This document shows positions 12,202 through 25,957 of a stretch of DNA of 64,000 nucleotides, piece after piece. Source of the DNA: Octopus sinensis (lineage: Eukaryota); contig NC_043009.1 in assembly GCF_006345805.1 (NCBI RefSeq), positions 19,220,001 through 19,284,000 on the forward strand, written 5' to 3'. A program made the position numbers and the translations under genes. The first letter of the stretch is position 1; every line of letters begins with the position of its first letter. The notes beneath the pieces are model-generated. The model made no database searches. It was not told where the DNA came from and saw only the letters and a program-made list of their open reading frames with translations.

Positions 12202-12628
12202 TCCGTTATAAATGTAATTTGATGGACTAGATGCAAACACGATACCGAAATATCGCGTGCATGGAGTTCAGCCTATTACATTAGAATATATCTTTCAAAT
12301 GCCTCTACTTTGGCGCGTTGGAACCCGAGAAAAACTAGCCTGCAGCTAATAACTAGCAGCAGTTAATTTATCGGTTAGAGAACATATTTATTTATATAAA
12401 ATTAATTAAGGGTAGAAATTGATATTTATCAATTAAGACCAGTGGTCTAGCATATTAAAAAAGAATCCGAAGATTAAAATATTTATATATACCAATTAAG
12501 GACTGAACACGAAAAGTGGACAGTCAACATGCTAGATATAGACGTCAAATCGCCATTCACCACAAAAGATTATGTTCTCAGATCAAACTCAACACAAAAC
12601 CATAGCAATAAACAAGTGAAAAATATAC

Positions 12629-13450
12629 CAAACATTTCATTCAAATCTACCAAACATTTCATTCAAATCGCAACCTTTCTCACAAAACCTGAGGACCGAA
12701 AATGTTGGAAATCAGCGTCAAATCTTTTGGAAATGTTAAAGTGAAAAATTGTTTTCTTATTAGTGACTTTCAATTTTTTTCAATTTTACTAATTATATAC
12801 AGAATAAATGGATCCATATATATTTACTAAAAGCTGTGACCATTATATACTTACAGCTGTGAAGATTATATCCACGAAAACATTTCACTGAAATCTCACC
12901 CTTTCTCAGAAAACTTGACGATCGAAATTGTTGGAAATCAGCACAAAGCCTTTTGAAGATTTTAAAAGGAAAACTTATTGATTTTTCTGGTTGATATTCA
13001 TTTTAGTGACGAAGGAAGTCCAAAATGCTAGAAATCAGCATTAAATTATTCGAAATTTTTTAAATAAAAATTTGTTGTCTTCTCATTATTAGTGATTTTA
13101 GTTTTTCCAACAATTGTCAGATTCAGAACTACTGTGAATGCTTTATTTACCAAATATTTAACTGCATTGAATTTTGTCTAGAAAACAGAAATGAAAATAT
13201 TAGGAATCAACAGCAAATGAAATATTGAAATGAAACATTGAACTTTTTCAGACGACAAATATTCTTGTGATTAATTTAAAATTTCTCTCACACACACTTG
13301 TCAGATTCTGAATTGGTTACCATACACTTATAGCTTTAAAGGCTATATTTAACTGAAGTCAAAACATTACTTGTGGAGAGAATCGCTAGAAAGTGTTGAC
13401 AATCTTCAGCAAATCATTTGACAATACTGAAATAAAATTTTTGGTGATCG
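12629..13450. repeat. continuation of the degenerate ~200 bp AT-rich array
   Basis: same motifs as 10000-11300. Confidence 0.7.
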
Positions 13451-13464
13451 TTTGGTCAATTTTT

Positions 13465-16259
13465 ATAATTTTCTCCTATGACATATGTACATGCACGCAT
13501 TCATGCATATATACATACATACATATGTACATGCATACATACATGCATCCATATATGCAGGCATCCATTCATTCATACATGCATACATGCACACATGCAT
13601 ACATACATACACACATTGATACATATGCACATACATACGTATGTATTTATGTAGATATGAATGTATGAAAGCATATATGTATGTATGCATGTATGTATGT
13701 AAGCATATATGTATGTATATATGAATGCATGTCTGTATGAATGTGTGCATACATGTATGTATGCATATATGTATGTATACATCTATGTATGTAAATATTC
13801 ATATATGTATGTATGCATGCATATATGTGTGTATGTATGCATATATGTATATATGCATGTATGTATGTATATATGTATGCAATTATTCTTTATGTATGTA
13901 TATATGTATCTATGCATGTATTTATGCATGTATGCCTGTATGCATGAATGAATGCATGTGTGCATGTATGCATGTATTCCTGTATCTCTATATGTGTATA
14001 TGTAGTCGGCATGTATGTATCTGTGTGTATGTAGGTACGTCTGTATGAATGTATGTATGTTTGAATCGATGTATGCCTGTACGACTGCATATATGTAAGT
14101 ATTTATGTATGTATGTACGCATGCATGTATGTATGTATGCATTTATGTATGTATGTTTGCATGTACATATATATGTAAGAATGTGTGCTTGCATGCATGT
14201 ATATATATGTATGTAAGCATGCATGTATGTATATGTGTATGGAGGTGTGAATGTATGCATGTATGGTTGTATGTATCTATGCATGCATGTATTTATGTAT
14301 GCATGTATGCATGTATGCATGTATTCTTGTATGCTTATATGCATGTGTGCATCTATGTAAGTATGCTTGTATGCAGGTATGTATGAATGCATGTATGCTT
14401 GAATGTATGTAAATATATTTCAATGTATACATGTATGTATGTAAGTGTGCATATATGTATTTATGAATGTATGCATATATACATGTTTGCATGTATGGAT
14501 GTAAGTATTTATGCATTTATGTATGTATGCATGTATGTATTTAGGTATGCATGTAAATATGTATGTATGTACATGCATGTATTTATGTATGCACCCTTGC
14601 ATTCGTGTATATATGTATGTATATATGCATGCATGCACGCATGTATATATATATATATTATTTATGCATGCATGAATGTATGCACGTATGAATGCATGTA
14701 TGTGTATATGCAGATATGTGTGAATACACGTACGTAAACCTGCATGTATGCATGTATGCACGTAAGCCTGTATGTAATATATATGTATGTATGCATACAA
14801 GAATGTATGCATGTATGCATGTATGTATGTATGCATGTACGTTTGTGTGTATGTAATTATTATGTATGCAAGTATGCATGTATTATATATGGCTGTATGT
14901 ATGTGTGTAACTATGTATGTATGCATGCATGCATGTATATATGTGTATATGCATGCACGCAATTGTGTTCATGCATGCATGAATGCATATATGCTTGTAT
15001 GCATACATGTATGTAATATGTTGTATGCATATATGTATGCATGTACGTATGTATATATGCATGTATGTAGGTATTATGTTGACATGTATGTAAGTATCTA
15101 GTATGTATGTATTACGTACGTAAGTATTATGTATGTATGTAACTGTGTATATGTCAATATATTTATATATGTATGTGTGCTTGTATGTATGTATTTGATG
15201 TATGCATATATGGATGTCTATACGTATGCATGTATATATGTATGCATATATGCATGTATGTATGCAAGGCTTTATGCATGTATGTATGTATGCATGCATG
15301 CATTCAGGTATATGTATGTATATATTATGCATGCATGCATGTATATGTATACGTATGTATGCGTGCATGTTTCATGTATGCAGGCATGCATGTATGCATA
15401 TATATGTATGTATATATGTATGTGCGTATGTAGTTATGTTCGTATGTATGCATGTATGTATGTATGCATCTATATATTGATAAATATATGTACGTATACA
15501 TGTATGCATGTATGCATGCATGTATGTATGCATGCATCCATGTATGCATTAATTTTTTTAAGCATGTATGTATTTATGCATGTGTGTATGTATGTATGCA
15601 TCTATGTAAGTATGTATATATGTATGCATTTATATATGTATGTTTGCATTATAAATGTATGCATGTATGTATGCAAGTATTATACATGTATGTATGTGTG
15701 TGTATGTATGTATGTATGCATGCATGCGTGTATTTATATATGTATGCATGCATGCATGCAGGTAGGTGTGTATGCATGCATGCAGGTATATGTGTATGTA
15801 TATATGTATGTATGCATGTAGTATGTGTATATGTAGTATGTATGTTTGTATGCATGTGTGCATGTGTGCATGTATGCATGTATAGTTGTATGTATGCATG
15901 CATATATGTGTGCATCTATGAATGTCTGTTCGTACGTGTGCATGTATGCATATCTGTTTACATACATATATGCATGTATGCAGGTATATATGTATCATGT
16001 ATGTATTACGTACGTATGTATTATGCATGTATGCATGCATGCATGTATATATCATTATCTAAGGAGGCATGCATGCATGCTTACGTGTATGTCTGACTGT
16101 CTGTAAGTATGTATTATGCAGTTATGTATATATATATATGCATGTATATATGTATGTCTGTGTGCATGTATGCAAGTGTGCATGTATGCAAGTATGCATC
16201 ATGTATGTATATATATATGTACTTATGTCTGTATGTCTGCATGTATTATGCATTCATGT

Positions 16260-16312
<53 letters not shown>

Positions 16313-18109
16313 CATATATGTATGCCTGTATTATGTATGCATTATGTATGCATGCATGTATGCGTGGATGAATGCATCTATGTATGTAGATATGCCTGCA
16401 TGGATGTATATACGTATGTAGTATGTATGTATGTATGTATATATGTATGTATGTATATATGTACTATGTATGTATGTATGACTGCATAATTGCATGCGTG
16501 TATGTAAGCATGTATGTTTGCATGCATGTATGCATGTTTGCATGCATGCATGCATGTTTGCATGCATGTACGTTTGTATGTGTGTATTTGTGTACGTATG
16601 TATATATACAGGTATGTATGTTTCTATCTATGTATATATGCATGTATGTAAGTATGCATATATGCATATTTGTATGTATGCTTATATGTATATATGCATG
16701 TTTGCATGTTTGCATGTATGTATGTATGCATGCATATATATGTATATTCATGTATTTTGTTATGCATGCATATATATATATATATGTATATATGAATGTA
16801 GTGTGTATGTATGTATGCATGTATGAATGTACGCATACATGTATGTATGCATGTATGTATATATGCATGTGTGTATGTATATGTGTACCTATGCATGTAT
16901 TATCTACGTACGTATTATCTATGTATGTATCATGTATGTATGTATGTACGCATGTATACATGTATATATGTATGTTTATATTCTTGCATGCATCTATGTA
17001 TGTATGCCTGTATTCTTGTATAAAAGTATGTATGAATGTATGTATGCATGTATTTATGCACGTATATATGCAGGTATGTTTGTATGTACGCATGCATGCA
17101 GGCATATGTGTTTCGATGTACATATGCATGCATGTTTTCAGATATGCATGTATGTATGCATGTATATATGTATGTATGCATGTATGTCTGCATATCTGCA
17201 TGTATGCATGCCTACATGCATGTATATATATATATAAATGTGTGTATGTAGGTATGTATGTATGCATGTATGTATGCATGTAAGCAAGTATATAGGTAAG
17301 CAAGTATGTATGTATTATGTATGCATGTATGTATGTGTGTATGTATGCATGTATGTATTTATGCATATATGTATGGATGTATGTATGGATGTATATATGC
17401 ATGTATGTATAGATGTATCAATATATTCATGTATGTATGTATGGGTGTATGTATGCACATATATATGTATGCATTCATGTACGTATGCACGTATATATGT
17501 ATGTCTGTTGTATGTATGTATGTATGCGCGTATTATGTTTGTATGTATGTATATATATATGAATGTATGAATGCATGTATATATTATGTATGTATGCATG
17601 TATGTATGTGTGCATGTATGCATGTATGTGTGTATGTATGCATGGGTGTATACATGTATATATGCATGTAGGTTTTTATGCATGTATGCATGTATGCATA
17701 TATGTATGTATGTATATATGTATTTATACATATACGTATGTATGTACGTATGCATGTATGTATTTATGCATGCATGCATGGTTGCATGTATGTATGTATG
17801 CACGTATGTAAATATGTATGCTTGTATGCGTGTATGCAGGTTTATATGTATGCATTTATGTATGTATGTTTGTATGCATGTAAATATGTATGTATTATGC
17901 ATGTATTTATGCATGTATGTTTGTATGCATGTATGTATGAATGTAGTATGTTTGTATGAATGTTTGTATATTTTAGGTCTGTATGTATATATGTATTATG
18001 TATGTATGCATGTATGTATGTATAAATTCATGTAATATTTATGCTTGTATTCATATATGCACGTATGTATACATGTGTGCATGTATGCAAGCATGTATGT
18101 ATTTATGTA

Positions 18110-18187
<78 letters not shown>

Positions 18188-20045
18188 CTTCATCATCCTT
18201 CGACCGTGGTCGAGACAATGGAATTTACTGTTACGCTAGACATCACGTTACATCATAGCATTACGGAGGTCCTGTTGCTGGATGCCTGTATCCCTGGAGA
18301 CTACATTAGGGTAGGAGAATGTGCAGCCTCTGATCTCTTGAGCAGATGGCTTCCTGAGAGGAGAAGATTAGAAATTTCCTCGTTTTCAGCTCTACTACAA
18401 TGTCCAGCAAACTGGACTCTTCTACCTTTCACAAAAAATGATACAAGTGGTAATTTCCCTTACTCTATATGTATACATGTATATATGTATGTGTGTATGT
18501 ATGCATTCTTGTATGTACGTATGTATTCATTCTTGTATGCATCGATGCATGCTACTCTTTATGTATGTATATATGTATGCATGAATGTATGAATGTATTA
18601 ATGCATGTATGTATGCATATATATACGTACTTCCATGCAGGCAGATATACATACATACATGCATGCATATATGCATACATATATACACACATAAATACAT
18701 ATTGATTTCATACATATATACATACATACAAAATACACATATATATATATACATACATGCATACATACATATATGTATACATACATATATGCATACACAT
18801 GTATACATGCCCGAATGTAAATATGCATGCGCGTATACATGCACGTATGCAAGCATACATGCATGCACACATGCATATATACATACATACATGCATGCAT
18901 ACATACATACAAACATACATACACATATACATACATAATACATACAGGTATGCATACATACATACATATAAACATACATGCATGGAAGCATTTCCACATA
19001 CATACATATAAACATACATATATGCATATGTATATTATATACACACATAATATTACATGCATTCATGCATACATATATTGATACATACATACTCCCATAT
19101 ATGCATACATAATTACATACAAGCATACATATATGGATGCAAACATGTGTACATACGTACATGCATAAAAACGTATGTATATATATACATACATGCATAC
19201 ATACATAAATGAATAAATGCATGTATACATACATATATACATGCATACTTGCATTCATGCATACATGCATACATACATACACGCATACATACATACATGC
19301 ATACATACATATATGCATATATATATATATACATACATGCATACATACTTAAAGGGATATGTAGTTAGATGCATACATACTTACAGACATACATTAATAC
19401 ATACATGCATAATGCATACAGACATATATACATAATACGTACATACATTCATATATACATACATGCATATATGCATACATACAGACATGCATACATATAT
19501 GCATACATGTATACATACATACTTTCATACAGACATGCATGTATGCATACATACATAGGAAGATACATACATATATACGTACATGCATACATGCATATCT
19601 GCATTTACGCATCCATATGTACCTACACACATGTATACATGCGTACATTTATACATATATGCATACATGTATACATGAATACATGCATACATGCACAGTG
19701 CATACATACATACATACATGCATAGATGCAAACATACATAGATGAATACATGCATACATACATGCATACATGCATACTTTCATGCATGCAAAATGCATAC
19801 TTGCATTCATACATACATGCAAACATGCATATATGCATATATATATATACATAAATGCATATATCCATACACACATGCATACGTAGATACATGCATGCAT
19901 ACACACATATATACATGCATACATACACACATACAGACATACATACATGCATACATCCACATATGCATACTTGCATACATACATGCATACATCCACATAT
20001 GCATACTTGCATACATACATACACTCATACATACTTACATGCATT
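13465..20045. repeat. ~6.6 kb degenerate TATG/TGCA/TGTA tetranucleotide satellite
   Basis: direct reading; CATA-sense at ~13465-13625 and ~18640-20045, TATG-sense between. Confidence 0.95.
18186..18465 (-). mobile_element. 3' end of an RTE-clade LINE embedded in the satellite
   Basis: minus translation LPLVSFFVKGRRVQFAGHCSRAENEEIS...[11 protein letters not shown] followed by tgatga, a typical RTE C-terminus. Confidence 0.75.
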
Positions 20046-20088
20046 CTTATTTTTAATATTTGTAAGTGACCGTGAATGCGTGTTCTAT

Positions 20089-20100
20089 GTCGGGTCACCA
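20089..20100 (-). promoter_or_regulatory. primer-binding-site-like sequence (tRNA-Trp type)
   Basis: minus TGGTGACCCGAC, 3 nt after an LTR-like end ...TTACA; compare the perfect PBS at 48123-48140. Confidence 0.6.
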
Positions 20101-20103
20101 ATT

Positions 20104-21117
20104 TGTAAGGACCGTGTAATATGAGGTGAGGGGAATGGCTCTTTAGTACCACATCAAACAGCCCTTACCATAAAGAGAAAATTGAATAGAACCAATAAAT
20201 GCCAGATGGAAAAAGACACAACCGTATAAGAACGATTACGAGAATATTTATTGATATGTTAACGTGTGTCTGTGTGTGTGTCATGTATACAGAATAATAG
20301 ACAGGCCATCATAAGAACAAGATGTATGCGCGCGCGCGCGCGCGTGTGTGTGTGTATGTGTGTGCATAGATGTATGCGCGTGTGTTAAGAACATATAAGG
20401 ATGGCAATGAAGGAGACAATGAAAGAGTCTCTAATGATCTAAGTGAGAAGTTCTCATAGACACAAGAACGATGATACCATTTCGTAGTCAATAGGATACG
20501 GTAGTTGAAGTACTGTATCAAGAAGTCGCGGCCATGATGCTGAGCCAGTACATGTCGTACGTGAAGTCGTGGCTGTGATGCTGCTGCCTGGGTCACGTGA
20601 TACAGGAGTTCATGCAGGTTGTATATTCGCTGTTGATCCAGAGCGAAGCTGTAGAGAGATGTCAACGACGTTAAGAAGGATGGTGACGACGAAGAAGAAG
20701 GTTGCCGTGAATGCTGTTGGACGAAGTTGGTAAGTCTGAAAACATTGCTGCTGTGGTGGTGGTGTGCCCTGGCATGGTCGCTGGAACTAGCTGTGTCTTT
20801 GTGGTCAGTGGCTAGACCTTAAAAGGTCTGGAACCCAAGACCCCAGAAAGAGGAAAAGCTGAATTTTTATAAGAAATTCTAGGCTAAAAACAGGGCTGTA
20901 AACAGGTTCTCCCACGTGACCTTATTTAGGGCCTCCGACTGGTTATACGCGGCAGTTGGCGCGACAGAGTAAGAGACAAATTGTGCGAATACCAACCAAA
21001 TCAGAGTAGTGGACATCCAAATAGCGACCAAAGGCTAGCTGTTCCCTGCTACGTTCGAATGCACGTATATATTATAAAGAGGAGAGAGGAATTTCGCCTG
21101 AGGAATTTCGCTACGCA
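20104..21117 (-). mobile_element. ~1 kb LTR (5' LTR remnant) of an LTR retrotransposon
   Basis: ends ...TTACA then PBS; TATAAAAA at 20864-20871, AATAAA at 20247-20252; U3-like part homologous to 52658-53100. Confidence 0.6.
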
Positions 21118-24100
21118 TTTATTTCTCCATTTCTTGAGTATAACTGATGAGTTATAATGATATCGAAACATATCCGTTGCTTAAATACAAGCTCCACTTC
21201 CATCTGCACTGTCCAGAGGGTTTCGATATCTTATCTTTGTTTGTTAGGTGAGATATATGCCTTTAGCATACGATGTGGAAGAATCTGACAATTAGGTGTG
21301 TTGGGCAGGGTAGAAACAGCAATTGAACTTTGAGGAATAGGGAAAAGATGCTTTGAATTAAAATAACGAAGTTGTTCTCATTGAGAACCAAATGAAATAG
21401 CTGAGTGAAGTTTATGTTTGCAGAAATACCTTACGGAATACAGTGTATAACCTAGACATCAGAAATTAGTTAGAAAAAGAAAATGAGAAATATATCTTTA
21501 GATTAAGATGTATGGAATGCATTGTTGTTTTTGTTAAATCCAAAGATCATCTCTGAACAAGTAAACCAATGAGCAAAGACATTCCAACCATGACCATCTC
21601 ATTGTTTTCACATATTGTATAGCTACATTATCTAACATCTTTCTTTTAAAGATTTAAGGGTGGGTGATTTAGAGTGTTTTGGCTGTTATTTCTAGCAGCT
21701 GTGATGACCATGTAGAAACACCCCCTCAACTCATGTGTAATTTTAAATTAGTAAGAGATAGTGTGTAGGATAAGGTTACATTGAAGGTCATGCATATTGG
21801 TTAGAAGAGAAGAAATTGTTCAGCAGATTTTAGTGTTTCTTTTTTGGTGAGGAAGAAACCCTGACTGATGAGTTGTTCTTCAAAAATTGAGACCAGGGAC
21901 CACAAAAGGTCGCTAGAAATCACATCCGATGTGAATCATGTACCTCACTCAAACACTACATTATGAACAACTAGTTTACTAAGAAAGTTATCAAAGAGCT
22001 AGATTAAGAAGTATATCAAATAAATATAAAAGGTTTCAAATTCTGTAGTTGGGGAAATCCATTTGGTTTCTATGTGATGGTCTGAATTATGTGAGGAGGT
22101 ATTCCAATACTACTTTATTGTTATACCCATCTCTACATGCATCGGAAATAACATTTCTAACTGAAAACTTCTGTATTACTGAGTTCAGAAAAATCTTTCC
22201 AAAATAGCAATATTTACTGCATTGTAATGTAGGCCAATCACACAAGGTGCAAATCCCAGAGTCACTCAAAACAATGGTCAGTGGCAGCATGCTTCAAAGC
22301 CTCATCTCAACCAGAACTAGATCATCATTTTCATGTCTCAAGTTCCCTCTAAATTCTATAATTTTGAGGCAACTGTTAAATCTCCTGCATCCCATAAGAA
22401 GTGCATTTTTTATATTTAGTTCACTTCTCGTGCTATTCTTTCAAAAACTTTGTATTTTGTCATCTTTTTGAAGGGTGTTTTTTTAATCTCTTCTTTCTCA
22501 TTTTGTGCTTAAAGTTTTGTTACATTTAAAAAATGTTGCTGCTTTTATTGCTACTTATATAGCCGTTAAGGTTGTTCTGTTGATAGATTACAAGTCAACA
22601 AGTCAACAAACTGAAATTTGATCGACCAATTTGTATCAACATTCTCCTCTGACTTCTAACAAATTATACGGTCCAAGCTGACTTATCCAACTTATTGTTT
22701 GTTTTGGTGCTTCTTTTATCATTGATTTTGACAGGACTTGAAACTTAGGGTGTAAAAGAATAACGCAAAACATTTTATCCTGGGAACACTAGTATACATT
22801 ACATTCAATAATAATGATTTCAAACATAGGCGCATATCTGCCAATTTAAGATAGAGGTATATAGTCTCTATCTAACTGACTCCAATACTTGACTGGTGTT
22901 TATTTCATTGATCAGGGAAGGTTTTGATCTAAAAGATAAAGATACATTAAGCAAAACTAGGTATTTTTGACTGATGCACAATTCAAATAATAACAAGGAT
23001 TTCTTACATCAATAGTAATGTTTTATTTATCAAATGGAAAAAAAAATTATTTTTTCATAAAAGTAAAGATTTACATATTTTTACATTTATTGTTGAGAAA
23101 TTTAAAAATTAATAAAAGGGAAAAAATGGAGTATTCAAACAGTTATGCATCATTAAATTGGAAGAAAATTCTGTAAATATACATTTGTAAATAATATTTA
23201 TTTTTGAATAAATCCTATTTTTATGTACGTACACTTAAGAAAATTTAAATGTACCATTAGAGCATGATAATATTTTTTAGAATTTTAAATATTAGACTAA
23301 GTTTGAAAGGTTGAATGAGTGAAGTGAATTTTCTCCACTTTCTCTGATTGAAAGGATATGTAGATCCTAATCACAAGCATTCCTGATTATGAGATGGATT
23401 TTGAAAGGTTATTAATAATAAAGGGTAAAAATAAAAGCATATTATAGTCCAAATTTAATTCTAGTTTATCTAATTTTGAATTAAGTTTCAATAAGTTTCC
23501 CCATCAGATAATAGATAATTCTTTTTTTAATGTTATAGTATATATAAAAACAAAATTAATTAAACAACATGCTCTTCTAATCTTAATCTTCTATGATTAA
23601 TGAAAACATTGTCAATATTGGTTTAAGAGAATTTTTTTAAGAGACTTTTTTCTAATGGATTTTCCTACAAATTGTGTGTCCTCCCTAATTAGGCTTATTA
23701 TCATTTAGTGATACATTTAACATCAGCTTATAGGTGGATCAATTGTTTCTAGGTTACAAACAATTAGACAAATATTGGTAATGTTTGTAAAATGTATGGA
23801 AAAATCCTCATTATAGAACTAAAATGATATCAGAATGTACTCAGTTCTGAAGGCAATATTCTAAAATATGCTAAATTCATTTTACTGAAGGTAACAACAC
23901 AATCCATTTGCTATTTTTTTACATATTAAAGAGTTCGAATGACTCAGATTTGCCACATTAAGATTAGATTTGAGAATCCATTGGATACGATTGATCATAC
24001 ACATATATGTACATGCCTGGTCAATTTTTTTTATAGAAGGCTACCAGTTAGCAATGAATGCAAGTTACCCTTTTTTTATTTGTTACAGTTTAAATAAACA

Positions 24101-24562
24101 GTTGCTTATCCTCAAATAATATTAATAATCACTGGAATATTTGATAGCAAAATACTTCTTTTATAAACTCATTTGTTATATTACTGAGATTGTGAGAAAT
24201 GAAGGACAATGTTTGATTATATTGAGACGGATTAATGTGTTGACATAATCAAAATAGCTGGCTATGAGGACACACACCAATATTTCAATTGCAAATAAGA
24301 TTTTAATTTTTAAAAAAAGTAATATAATATTATTTTACCAAAGCACTTCGGCTTATTAAAAAGAAATATTATTTCCAAATTAAGTAATGCACATAATAAA
24401 TTCACAATGAAAATATTATTTAAATTTTTCTTTTCAGTCAATATGAATTATATTTCATTATGAATCATTTTGCCAACAGCATAAAAATTAAATAATTCAG
24501 CACATAGTTTGAATAAGAGAAAACATTGCCTGATTTCAGGAAAACCCAATAATTTGGCTGCT

Positions 24563-25954
24563 TTAAAAGAGATAAGGAATAATGCGATAAGGTACTTTAC
24601 GACAGTATTCTTTCCAAAATTCTCCATATTTCCTTCCACATTTATCATCATCACGAAAACTTCTGTGTGTCAGCAAAATTAGTAAATGTATGACATAAAA
24701 AAAGGGCGTAATACTTGAGAAACATGCAGGAATTGTCCAGCAGAATGCCAAAATAATTTCTGGAATATAGTGGAAATGTCGAGACCAACTCCACCAACCT
24801 GAAACAAGTAAAATCCCTTTTTTTTCCTCTCCTGTCTCTAACGTATATGTTGCCCGAATTATAACAGGCTTCTTACCCCATACTAAGCAGTTGCCATTAG
24901 TAGCACGTACTTTTTGTTTTTGCTTGTCAGCAAAGTAGTTGATAAGAAGTGCTGCTGTGCCTGTAATGAAAATGAGAATAGATGCTAAAGTTCCCAGATG
25001 TACTGGATGGTTGACTAAATACATGCTCACTGATGTATAGAACCCTGGAACGAAAACAAGACAGCCCCAGCAGATGTAGTATCCTGCTCTGTCTAACATG
25101 ATATCAATTGTGTTCAGATAACCTGCTTCCCACCAAAAAAATTTGGTAATGTATAAAAGTTGAAGTGCAGTAGATACTATATTACTATCAACCCATCCAT
25201 TAAGCTGATAATTCTTAATTGAAAAAATTACAACTATAAGTGCCCAGGACATCATTCCAAATCGACAGTTAGTGAATTGCTTAATGTCAATACCATAAAT
25301 TTTAGGATACAATTCAGTACCCCAATAATAATCAAAAACTACATTTCCTGAAGTACCAGAATCAGATGAGGAAGGAAACGTTAATCCTTTCACATATAAT
25401 AGAAGACAAAAAACAAAACTGACTAGATTCAATGTACCTAAGATATCACCGAAACGGTCATAAATTATGGACACAGAAATATCATATTTGTTGAGTATTA
25501 TTTCAGAACACACAAGAACAACAATTGTGAGTGAAAAATATAAAAATCCATTGTCAATATATATGGGTACATTGCCTTTTGGTGTGATTGATCCCTTCAC
25601 TAAATTCCCTGGCAAAATCTTCATTGTAATAATAGCCCACAAACTGTAAGCAAAAATGATAATTAGTGCAAAAGAACTTCCAATTGAAACTTCAGTCCAA
25701 ATGTTTAAGAGTCCAGTGAGCAATGAGTCTTTGAGTAAATGATGTAAACAATGAGTAATGCTTCCATCGAATTTGGCAGCTGTGTACCAAAGGATCATCA
25801 CTAAGTTCGGAGTGAAGAGCATCAGCAGCAATGGCAGAACAGTGCGCTCAATGAATTGTTTAATTCTGCTCTTTGCAGGAATGTCATGGGAAACATCTCC
25901 TGACTCATTTCTCATCTCTCTGTTCTTCGATTTGATCATATCTTTTCTGTTCAT
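24563..25954 (-). CDS. DHCR7: 7-dehydrocholesterol reductase (sterol delta-7 reductase, ERG4/ERG24 family), 463 aa, coding sequence in one exon
   Basis: intact ORF with multiple TM segments and motifs DYYWGTELYPK, FTNCRFGMMSWA, KFFWWEAGY, DRAGYYICWGCLV, SGWWSWSRHFHYIPE, RDDDKCGRKYG..W..YC..VPYRIIP. Confidence 0.95.
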   Translation of the reverse strand: MNRKDMIKSKNREMRNESGDVSHDIPAKSRIKQFIERTVLPLLLMLFTPNLVMILWYTAAKFDGSITHCLHHLLKDSLLTGLLNIWTEVSIGSSFALIIIFAYSLWAIITMKILPGNLVKGSITPKGNVPIYIDNGFLYFSLTIVVLVCSEIILNKYDISVSIIYDRFGDILGTLNLVSFVFCLLLYVKGLTFPSSSDSGTSGNVVFDYYWGTELYPKIYGIDIKQFTNCRFGMMSWALIVVIFSIKNYQLNGWVDSNIVSTALQLLYITKFFWWEAGYLNTIDIMLDRAGYYICWGCLVFVPGFYTSVSMYLVNHPVHLGTLASILIFITGTAALLINYFADKQKQKVRATNGNCLVWGKKPVIIRATYTLETGEEKKGILLVSGWWSWSRHFHYIPEIILAFCWTIPACFSSITPFFYVIHLLILLTHRSFRDDDKCGRKYGEFWKEYCRKVPYRIIPYLF

Positions 25955-25957
25955 GGC

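Larger units (their letters stand above)
11478..12628 (-). mobile_element. tandem array (506 + 508 + 137 bp) of a hammerhead-bearing element, retrozyme / Penelope-pLTR-like
   Basis: unit starts ccaattaaggactgaacacg at 11478, 11984, 12492; about 3 differences between full units; preceded by (TA)n. Confidence 0.85.

Noticed and set aside
13393-20152. Dozens of long ORFs rich in M/Y/V/C/H/I/T
   Set aside because: They are translations of the TATG/CATA satellite, which lacks stop codons in several frames; not proteins.
20309-20665. 118-aa minus-strand ORF
   Set aside because: Lies inside the LTR-like segment, ends in a microsatellite and shows no recognisable domain.
21865-21871. CTGATGA boxes here and at 7463-7469, 38065-38071, 41079-41085
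   Set aside because: No downstream GAAA/stem III/stem I arrangement that closes a three-way junction.
24563-25954. DHCR7 as a bacterial or protist contaminant contig
   Set aside because: It has a spliceosomal acceptor and host-like AT content, and is contiguous with host-type SINEs and microsatellites on both sides.
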